From NCBI GenBank assembly GCA_964187785.1, contig OZ076409.1:27406001-27470000 (forward strand): a stretch of 64,000 nt of DNA, given 5' to 3'. A model generated the notes under the pieces. It was not told the DNA's origin, did not search any database, and saw nothing but the letters and a program-made list of their open reading frames with translations. Each line of letters starts with the position of its first letter. The stretch's first letter is position 1. Made by a program: the position numbers and the translations under genes. Shown here piece after piece: positions 14,476-25,012 of this stretch. Source of the stretch: Amphiscolops sp. MND2022 (lineage: Eukaryota).

Positions 14476-14629
14476 CTATAATGAAATATAATTAAATTTA
14501 GAAATAATGAAAATCGTAAGAGAAAGCAACAGATTTAAAAGCATAATACAATATTTCGATAGTTGGTTGATTTTGATGTGTCAAAATGGGGAATCACGTC
14601 ATTATGCATATTACGTGATAGCGATATTA

Positions 14630-16450
14630 GCTGATCGATATTATAGCAAATTGAAACTTAAACTAAACAAGACGCCCGCTGAGCAGCGAGATATTTTCCG
14701 CCCCAAACTGTTCTACAACTACATAAATTTGAAGCTTAAGAAAAGCCAATGCTCTATAAAAACGCAAAGAAGTTCGCATAAAAGAAAATTTTGATTAATT
14801 TTAGCCCATTTTTAAAGGAAACACCTAATTTATTATTTCTGCGATAGCTGGCCACTTTCCTTTTTTCTGCACTAAGCGACTTGCCGAGAACAGAGAAAGT
14901 TTTCGTAACTTTTTTCTCAAACAATTTTCGGAAAACAATTTTCGAAATTTTTAGTTTTTGAGGTTTTCTGTAAAAGAAGAAAGTTGCCCGAGTCTTAAGG
15001 GTGACTTATTTGTTACTTTTGATCATATGGAACTGATGAGTTTTCTTATTCATAGTGCAAAATACCTCATTTCAGTTTTTTCGTCTCTGTGCGTCTTTCG
15101 GAAACTTTCATTTGGTCAAAGTGTAACACCTTGCTTCTTTAGTTGATTTCGGCTTGCTTGAGAAAAGTTTTGCCAGCTGAAAGTCATAGGACTTTACCAA
15201 ATATTCAAAAAATTGAAAATTTTTGTTGATTCCTGTTGGGGAAAAAGTGTTCTCCGACGCTCAGGCGTATTTTTCGGGGCAATTTTTGGCCCTGAGAAAA
15301 TAGGAAAAGCTTGAAACTGGTTTTTTTGCAAGTTTAGGAAACTTGACGGGCCCTGTTTGTTATATTATTGCACATAGTTTCATCAGAAGTGTCAAAATTT
15401 GGTAATAATTTTGACAATTTTGGGGGTAAAGTTGAGGAACTTTTGTCAAAAATCTGAAAAAATACATAAAGAATTTGAAAATTGAAAAATTTTGGGCTTT
15501 TTGTCATTTTCTATGCTGTTTTGGGACATTTTTCGTTCAAAAACTGCAATTATCTTTTCATAAAAGACTAATGGACAACCAACCCTTTCACTTGTTCACA
15601 CTCTCAAACATTCCATAACGCGAAGTTTGTGGATACATTAACAAAAATGCATAAAATCTTTGAAAAGTGAAAAATTTTGGTTCTTTTGTGGCTTTCGGTG
15701 TCATTTTGAGACAATTTTCAATAAAAAACTGCGTTTATCTCTTCATAAGAGACTACTACACAACGACGTTGATGAAGGTTTTCAACATTCAAATCCACTG
15801 TCGAAATTTTGACCGAAGTTGCAGAAAAATCTTGAAAAATGGAAAATTTTCGGTTTTGTCTTTTTCGCTGTCAATTTGAGATTTTTTTGAATTGGAAAAC
15901 AACTATTACTATTAGCTCTCCAGAAAAGCCTACTGGACAACAAATTCGTGCCATGTTGAGCGTTTTCAACATTTTAATCCACGAAGTATATCGAAAATTT
16001 GACAAAAATTGCATAAAAACATTGAATATCAGTGAATTTTGGACTTTTTGTCATTTTTGGGGTCACTTTTCTTCGAGAAAACCGCATTTATCTCTTAAAT
16101 TAAGAAAGTTGGACAGCGAATCCGTGCCTTGTTGAATGGTTTTAACATTTTAATCCGGCAAAATTATCGGAATTTCAACAAAAGCTGCAGGAAAACGTTA
16201 AAACTGGGATGTTTTTGAAATTTTGCTATTTTCGGGGTCATTTTTGGGTCATTCTGGGGTCCTTGAGGGTCAACCAAAAAAGTCCAGAAATCTGCACAAA
16301 TACTAATCACTTGAAGCTGAGTTTATGCGAGTTGAATTCTATGGGCAAAACCATGAAGGTAAGTATAAATATGGTGCTTGGGAAATTTTGTAGAAAAAAC
16401 GTTCGATTTAAATATTTTCCTTTCCCATATGAAATAAGGGCGGAAAAAAT
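14630..16450 (+). repeat. AT-rich dispersed repeat with degenerate ~180-bp internal units, unclassified
   Basis: Units recur near 15480, 15670, 15840, 16030 and 16210. Segments 14650-14750 and 16390-16445 match the reverse complement of 61060-61150 and 58415-58470. Boundaries approximate. Confidence 0.65.
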
Positions 16451-16509
16451 GAAATTAGGAGAAATTTGAATTATAGCAGCGCTGAAACAGAAAATTCGCA
16501 AATAGAGAT

Positions 16510-17441
16510 TGGCAGAACGAGTCACGTTCGTGTTAATAACGGTGTTGAGACCGCTACATTCGGTCGTCGGTGTTGATATTTTCTCGGTAAGGGCTAACAC
16601 AATGTTTGTTAATTCGCTGATTTTTTTATTCATCTCCATAAAACGTTGATCAACGGAATTTGAGCTAGAATTTTGTCTAACATTGATTAAATCTCCATTC
16701 TCGAATTCATTCATCTGGTTTCTAGATAATGTGTTAGGAAAACTATATTCGCTTTCGTTGTCACTATTCTGTTCCATTCCGCTGGAACATGCAGCATAAC
16801 TATCTACGTTTTGAGATCTGGTATTGACCATCTTTGAATCTTCGAAAGGAATTGTTGCTTTTGAAGGTTTATTGATTTTAATAGGAAATATGAATAATCA
16901 AGTTTCGACTAAATCAATGAGGTAAGCAACACTACGTTAGGCTGTGTAAAACTTCGTACTGCTGATACTTCAACTCTTGTCGCAAATTTCACTGCAGTTG
17001 GTCACGTGACCGCATTGGCCAATAGTATTGCGCTATTGATTAGGTGTTAATTGGTGCGTCCTGCTGGTAGCAACGTAAATGGTGTTTTGTACAAAAGGTA
17101 GCACCAATATGTTACCATGGTTACATGAATCATCTATCATTTGCGTTGGTTGATACAAATTGCGTCTATGATGGTGCACTACCAACGTTATATATGATAC
17201 TACATTTTACTGATGAAATTAAATATGGTGAAAGCTCTTGTACGAAGCGTGTAATGAGTAAATGATGTCAACGTTTACAATTCGTTTTTTATTTTAGGAA
17301 GTAATAATAATGATGGGATAGGCCCGTCATTGTTCAATGGTAATTTATGGTTATTGAAATATCAAGAGTATTATATTTAACTGAGTTTTTTAAATGTTTA
17401 GATTGTTTTTTATCAGTTTCATTCATGCTTCCGGCATGACA
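16510..17441 (-). repeat. 3' LTR of element B
   Basis: Direct repeat of 31237-32168 at offset 14727. One terminal substitution (TGGCA for TGTCA at 16510). Confidence 0.97.
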
Positions 17442-17453
17442 CTCCCCCTCTTT
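17442..17453 (-). promoter_or_regulatory. Polypurine tract of element B (AAAGAGGGGGAG)
   Basis: Purine run on the minus strand abutting the TGTCA start of the 3' LTR. Confidence 0.92.
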
Positions 17454-18475
17454 AAAAGAAAAGGCGAAGTGTAGGGGTCTTTGGAAATCTGGTAGCGGGA
17501 AGGTGAGGTAAATGTGGTAGCTTCACTTATGCAGTAAGTATTGGCTGTTAAATCTTCCTACGAGGGTGATTTGGCTGGTGTAGTGACCTCAACTACTTTT
17601 GGACTGTCCGTTACGGATGATGTCATAGCAACCACGTCGGTATTGATGAGTTGCATTGATGGCTTTGAGTACTCGGCTTGTTTGGGACCAATTGTTACTT
17701 CGATTCGGTACAGCAATTGAGAGGAAGAGAATGAGTTTAGCGTAACGAGTGAACACCTTCGGTAAATAGTAATTGTAGAGTCGGTGTGGCGAGAGTAGCC
17801 ACGTCATCCAATTGTGCGCTTCGTTTGTAGTGAGAGTTTAAGAAAGAATGAATTTGCCGGAAATTAGTTGAACGTGGCAGCGTGATATAATTACTCGGCT
17901 CATTCGGTAACTGTTCGGAAGTAAATGTAGTGGAACATCGTACGCTTTGTCAACAAATCTTCGTCGGTGCTAAATACGAGAGTAGAAGTAAGCTTGGTTA
18001 CGGTTGATTCAGTTATTGATTGAAGTTGTTATTATCCAGTTAGCGATATACCAGGCGGATGTGATTTGACTAGCGGTAAATCGGTTCAGTGAATGCTGTC
18101 TGCATCTAGGTTACTCTGCGTGGAAAACCTCAATTGCAGCGTAGTAAGACTTCCGAATTTGGCATTTTGTTTTCTTGTTTTTCTCTTTTTCCCCTTCTTT
18201 TCTTTAGTTTTGAGTAGGATCCAGCGATCTTTAGTTTTTCGAACGCAACCGTTCTTTGAGTTTGAATTTTTTCCCAATGAATTAATTTCGAGTAAATTCG
18301 GTTGAAATTGCTCTTTGTGATATTCCGGTGTCTTGTGAACACGGAGGGTGTGGGTGATCAGACCACATCTCGTATTGTCAAAGACGCTGAAGCCTGGTAG
18401 ATCGCGAATTCTACAGTTATAGATCCTTGTTGTCTCGTTCGCCATTTGTTGTTCGTGATTAATTCCATTACTTGG

Positions 18476-21400
18476 ATGTTATCCCCCGAGTTGTCTGAAG
18501 AAGAAGTTGCATCGATTGTGATAGCCGCGGAAGGCGCGCTAGCTGAGATGTCAAATTTGGAGCAATTATCAGATGAAGAAGGTTTCCAAGCCTCAGTTGA
18601 TACGTTGTTGGAAGGAGAGACGCCATCTGTGTGCTGCCAGTTTGCTCAGCGTGTGACTTCGTCTAATGTAGAGGCTGCTACTACTTTGTTGGAGATAGCT
18701 CTCTCCAGTGAATTCCGTAAGTAAATCCGTAGTTATCGTTTTTCCTTCTTCTGGCTACTGAGACGGTCTTTCAACGTGTTTGTTGTTGTGTGCTTTGTAG
18801 TTAGGGCTAAACTCGTCAAGGTAATTGAAATGTTTGTTGCATTGGTATTTGTGTACTGTAGTTACCAACGTCTTGACTAAAAGGACTTCCCGGGAACTAT
18901 TACCTTGGGTAGACTTCTGGGCATTGCTCATGGTACTCATAGGTTAGATTGTACCATGTATGTTGCAGAATCTTTGAGTCTGACCGATATCGTCGCCGCT
19001 CTACGACGAATGCTTCAACAGAATGAGCCTCCAGTATATGCATCTCCCGCGAGTGCCGTCGAGACTGGGCTCCGGAATTATGTATACAGCCAAACTGGTA
19101 AGTCTGTTCGCTAACTGGTTCGTTATTGTAACGATGGTGTTATATGATCGTTACTGATCCGTACGGCGTGTCGGTTGTTTATGGTTGGCTTCGAGATGCA
19201 CTCTCGTTTACACGATGTGTAGTACTCTGCGTTGTTATCTTTTGGGTGGGATGTTTCCAGGTACAGCGTTGGGTGACTTGTTAACTCTAGACGACGTCGT
19301 TGCTGCTATCGCTCGACTGCAAAAGGAGATGTCCGGCGTGGTTAAGGCCACCATCGAATCCACTCTTGGTCAGCTCGGGACAGTTGGGGCAATGGCTGTG
19401 GATGAGTTTGTTGGTCAACTGACTGCAGCAGTTTCCCGTTTAGTCCCTGCTAGTGGCTTGAAAGCAACCGTGCCTGGGGAGGATGCCCCCCTCATCTCGT
19501 CATCATCATCTGTGGGTGTTGCGCCAGTTGAAGGTGATGCTCAAAAAGACTTGTCGGTCGTAAGCCGGACGGCATCGATGGTTCCTTCCATTTTTGGAGA
19601 GGGAACCGTAGCAGGATCCTCCAGTGCAGGGAAAGTGGCTGCTGCTAAACCTGGTAAGAATCTCAAAAAGATCATGGGCGGGGTTTTAGTGAACAATAAT
19701 GTTAAGATTATCAAGAGACAAGACTAGATATATATGTTTTTTTTTGTTTTTGTTTTTTTTGTGTATATGTATATGGGACTATTTAACGCGTTGTGTGTTT
19801 GCGTTCTAGCTCGTGCTCGGAAGATCAAGACGCTCAAGCCGTCTTACTTTGTTTCTGGCGTCGTGGGGACCTTCGTTGGGTTCCCCCAGAACAAGCGGGT
19901 GATTGACGGTTACGCTCGATGTTTACTTTGTCGTGTGGATTTGAGAATTGCAGGACGTGGTCTGTCGTCGTTATGGGATCACTGGAAAGGAGTTGAACAC
20001 ACCCGATTGGAGCAAAAGTACAGGATTATGACACACAGGCCATTGCTGGACAAGTCTTGCAGACTAGTATCTGCAGAAGAAGATGCTCGTCTGACCGAAC
20101 CGCCGGTCTTTCTAGAGTCTGCGCTGAAGTTAACTGTGGAGGAGCGAATAGCTATTGAGGAGGCAGAGGCTGAAGAAGGCGCGCGTCCCCAATTGCAGGA
20201 CGAAAGTGTGAATTACTTGTGGCTGAGTAATTTCGTCTCAAGTTTTCTGACTGTGACGTCCTTTGATGGGGTGCTCCGGGCATTGGACTCATGGAGGGAC
20301 TGTATGGCCAACGAACTTCGTTTTGAGTGCCGTACTCTGACCTACTCTCGTTGTCAGGTAAAATCAAGTTTTGCAGTCAATATTAAGTTGTACTGGCTAC
20401 TTAGGTAACTTGCTAGTCACGTGGTTGTTATCGGTGCATTGTAACGCTTTTCGGGTACGGGTGTTGTGTTTGCCTAAGTTTTTTGGTAATTTTATCAATT
20501 TGTTTGATTCTGTTTAGAGTCTTGTGCTGTATGGCTTATACCAGTATGCAATTGAGCAGTTGGTCGCACTGGTTGCAGCAAGCTCTTGCATCGGTGTTTG
20601 CATCCGTCAGTGCCATTGGCGGTGGTGTGGTGAGCTTCACATCGTTGGCGCCCATGGCATAACTTCAGTGGTCTTGGCGCTTGTTTCCGGTGGAACTGGG
20701 TGGGAGAAGCGGCTGTTGAACAACGTCATCCCAGTTCTTGCGTGTCTCAAAGACAGAACTCAATTGAAGACGATTGCGGTGGAAGGTGACGTACATGTTG
20801 GGCGGGCGTTGGCTAAGAGGTTTCGCCTAAGACTCTTCTCGTGGTGGGGTTGATTACGCAGCGGTCAGTGTTCAACGAGGTAGAAAAACAGTTTCTCGCA
20901 GAGTTCGCGGGTCTAGATCCTCTCAGTGTCCTGGAATACTTTCGTGTGAGGCTGATGTCCGTTGCTCAAGAGGGTTTCTTAGACCGTTTGCCGTTATTGC
21001 AGCGGGTTAGTAAAAAAACCCCTTTTTTTGTTTTTTCTTTTTTTTTGTATGTGGGTCATGGCATTTGCGTAGGTTTTCGATTGTTTGGCTCTGGTGAAAA
21101 GGTAGATCGTGTTCTTGTTTTGTAGTATATTCGACTTGGTGGAGATGACGTGTCCCAACTTGCACTGGTTTGCGCAGAAGTGGTGGACTATTGGAATGAT
21201 TTGGCGCTGTACTTTGGTACTCATAGACCGGGAGTGACGTCGGAACTGCGTCCGATTACTCCACTAGAAAGTCAGGTGTTCGAGGATGCACTGATTCGGC
21301 CTCGTTTTGCTGTTCTGCGCTTAGTGCTAGATTTGAGTGAGTATGGGTTTGTATGCTGTTGATCGGATACTCATTTGAGTACACGTGTAGCTGTAATTTT

Positions 21401-22861
21401 GTATGTTGAATATGGTCCAAAATTAGGTTAAGTGGGGACGTATGGAGCTAAAGTTTCGCGTGTACAGTTTGGTGTGTAACCCATTGGTGTTGTGTTTTAG
21501 TGGTTAAGCACTGCCCTAGTTTGTGTGGACGTGGACGCGATTATGGAATTGTCTCGGAACGGGAACTGGCTCACCTTTTGCGTGGACTAATGAAGTTTAT
21601 CTATCCGGCTCACAGTATTCCAGCGGAGTACGATATCGCTGCCTTGTTGAAAAATGTGGACCGGGAGTATGCCGACGTAGACTCTAACATGTACAGATTA
21701 CATTTCGGGCAGTACTTCCGTTTTGACATCAGCACTCAACTGCCTTTCTTTTACAAATCTGTCCAGAAAATGTTAGTCGGTATATGTCGTGGATTGAGCG
21801 AATTGTGGCAGCGTACGTGGCCCCAGCATTTGAGCTTGACTCCATTTGATCCGGTTCTCATTCATAGTGGGTCGGATGATCGCTGTGTCGACTCCTTAGT
21901 AGCAACTTGTGCTGTGTTGACTGCTCATGGGCTTGTGGGACTAGATGATGGCGGAGTAGTTCAGCAACAATATCGCGAAGTCACCCAATTTTTCAAGAGA
22001 CGCTGGGCCTCTACTGCGGAAGAACTACCAGTAGTGGAGGACATTTTCGCGTTGTGGATGTCGTATCCTCACTGGGAGCGATGCGAACAATTGCGGCAGG
22101 TCATCGATCTGGCTTTCAGTGCAGTGGCCACTAGTTCGTACCGGGCGGATTTTGTGGATGACGTCGGCGGAGCTTTGGATCCTGATGAACTGGCTTCAAG
22201 TGTGCATTTCGTCCGGAGTTGGTTCAGTGAGTCTTTTGTGGGGAAATCGCGTCGTCAACTACGTGGTTTGTTGCGTGTCATTGAGACAACTGACATGCAA
22301 GTGTCTCGCTTAAACGATAGCGTTCGCGCTAAACCGTGGGATCAACTCCTCAAAGTTGGACTGGATCAAACGTTGTCCTTGTGTGTATCCGTGTTGGACA
22401 ATGGTCCTGATACTGCAGTCGTTCCGGTGGTGGATGAGTATCGTTCGACAGTACTTGCGCAGTTGAACGTTATGGCGGTAATGGCAACGAGCCCTACCCG
22501 TGTAGCGACGGATTCTAAAGCGATGCCATCCAGTACAGACGCGAAATCCAAACGGCCCCGCAGTCAGTCTGATGTAAAGTTGAAGACTCCCAAGAGGACG
22601 CCTAACGTGGCTACGGTTGGAACCTCTAAATCTACTGGGCGAACGAGAGGCGTTGTGGTCAGTCGACGAGGTCATAGTGCAGCGGTGAAGTCTGGAAAAG
22701 GACGGCGAACTGGCGAGAAACCGCATGCATCTAAGAGACTTGTATTATCTACGGCGGCAAGTGAGGCTTCAGATCATGGTAGTCAATCGTCCAGTGACGA
22801 TGTGCCACTGTCTACCACTAAGCGGACGAAGCAGGTCATCCGTGATTCGCCGGATGAATAG
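18476..22861 (+). CDS. Antisense multi-exon cargo gene of element B, hAT-transposase-like (at least one frameshift near 20840)
   Basis: Frame-preserving GT-AG introns 19098-19260, 19654-19809, 20358-20517, 21006-21125 and 21337-21500. The first intron (donor about 18717) is unresolved. Finger ARCLLCRVDLRIAGRGLSSLWDHWKGVEH; 453-aa last exon with a basic tail. Confidence 0.75.
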
Positions 22862-25012
22862 TTGTGAACTAGACATGCTGTTGAGCGTGTATTTGTCAGT
22901 TTGTTGTTTGCTAAAATGATTTGTACCATCCTGAATGTTTTGCTACTGAACGTGTAGTTTGTATATTTTTTTTGTTGATTTATCGCAGGAGCGTTTTTAT
23001 GTGTATCGGGAGTCACAAGGTGCTAGTTGCGTTATCCGGTAACCTCCTTTCCTACTTGTTGAACTTGTGGTTACTTTACATGTTTTAGAACGTTGAGCTT
23101 GTTTTTCAGTTTTCATTTCGATGATTTTTGTTTCATTCTGCCTACTTGTTGTGTTGCTCTTTTTTCATGATTTGTTGTATTCAGTTGTTGTTGGTCCATG
23201 ACCTTTGACTAAGTTTTGTTTTACTTCCAATGACCTTAGTACAGTTGAATTTACATGTTGCCTACGCTATACAAATTTTTTACCCTAATTTGCATGTAAA
23301 CTTAGGTAGCTGGTTTCAAAATGTTGGAGCGATAGACTCAGCTTTGCAAGTCATTCAAGTTCTAGTAGAGTAGTCGCCGAGGTAACTACCATTGAAAAGC
23401 TCTCACTCACCAAGTGCCATCCTCGTGTCAGCGTTTTTCATGATTATAGCTTACATATGACAGAGATGGAAACTTGGTGGGTGGGTGGAGTCGCTCAACT
23501 CCTACAGATGATCTGAACTTTTGAGTAGCTGCTTTTATAGTGCTCTAGTTGGTTATTTGACAGGTGTTTACTAACTTAGGTGTCTTTCTAATCTGTCAGT
23601 TCATGTCGAGTTTTACATATATTCATTTCTCATGTAGCGTTATTCTTGACGTCGTCATCGTTGATGTGTGTCATGCGACGTCATCACTCGTGTCGTGTGT
23701 CAAGTGTTAACGTCAATCTTAATGGTAGATGGGTTTCCCCATAGCCATTAAACTTTTTGACAAGGGATGGTGTGTTCCATCCCTTGTTACGAATTTTCGG
23801 TGATGTAGTGATTAAGCCTGCATGTTTTTTGTTGTTCTGTCCTTCCCGCCGCGAGGCGAAGCCTACGCATCAACAGTAGGAACGAAAGTGTCATGGCCTG
23901 AATTCGATGCAAAGATGACGACTGCGTTTTACTGTCCTAGGAAAAGTTTTATATGTTGTTCATTGGATTGGGAAGGTTATTTGCCGTCGCAAAAACCCAT
24001 ACAAAACTAACACCGAATCCACTTGCTAAAGAGCAAGCTTCATCTGAATGTTTGTACAACCACACAGACGCGCATTTGACGACGCACCCACACAGCCGAA
24101 CCAAATCATGATTTCCTGAGCGGAAGTGCGGGACTAGATTTTGGTGGCGTAACTTAACTAAGGCAGCTATCTCTTTTGCATGTTCGGTTGTGTGCTGTTA
24201 CTTTTGCTAATTTTGGTTTATTACTGTCGTCATAAGGTTGGTAAGTACAGAATTGTAAAGCAATTCCTTTGAAAGTGTGTGGTTGGGATTTTCTGTGAAT
24301 TGCATAAATTAGCAACTCATTTGAATGTGTTTTACATGTACTTAATAATTTCCGGTTAACGTGATGTGGTGTGTATGACTGCATTGCATGTATTTACTTT
24401 TGCGCTCAGCTGTCTCGGTAGAGAGTAACAATATACTCTGCCGGTAAACTCAAGTATGTTGGACAGTGAGTATCAGTCGTCACTGAATGGCGTAAAGTAA
24501 TCAAAACAATTTAAAGGTATGATTGATGCATGTGGTGATGTCAACTACATTCAATTAATTGCATGTACATTTTTTCTTTATTTACGTTGAAAATGACGTG
24601 GTATGTGTGGCAGCGTTAGGTGTTTCTTTTCGTTCATACTGCTGGTGGAATAGGGTGAGACGTTGAATAACACGTAGCGACGCAGTGTGTGGAACTGCGT
24701 AACGGCTTTCTCGCCTGTTGTTCGTTAGCCGGTTAAGGGCGGAAATATGCTCTGGCCGGTAATTTTGAAAACTGATGACTGTGAGTGTTAGGCGTTATTT
24801 ATGGTATCATTCAGTATTGTTTTTTCTTTGTGTCTACTTGATTTAATTTACATGTATGTGTTACGAGATTCTCTCTTTTTTGTTTTTTTCTGTAGAGAGT
24901 GTAGGACATTCCCATTAAATTTTTGCATGTGATATCACTTCTCGTGCCGATACGAGGCGAAGCCTACGAGTTGTCAGCAGGAGAGAACACAGATTTTATG
25001 TTTGCATGCATT

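Noticed and set aside
18086..18445. 119-aa sense-strand ORF near the 3' LTR of B as an env or extra gene
   Set aside because: No signal peptide, transmembrane segment or motif. The Lys run mirrors a T-rich tract upstream of the antisense gene.
24930..24990. Hammerhead or HDV-like ribozyme in the spacer motif
   Set aside because: Minus-strand CTGACAA...GAAG departs from CUGANGA...GAAA, and I could not build the HDV double pseudoknot.
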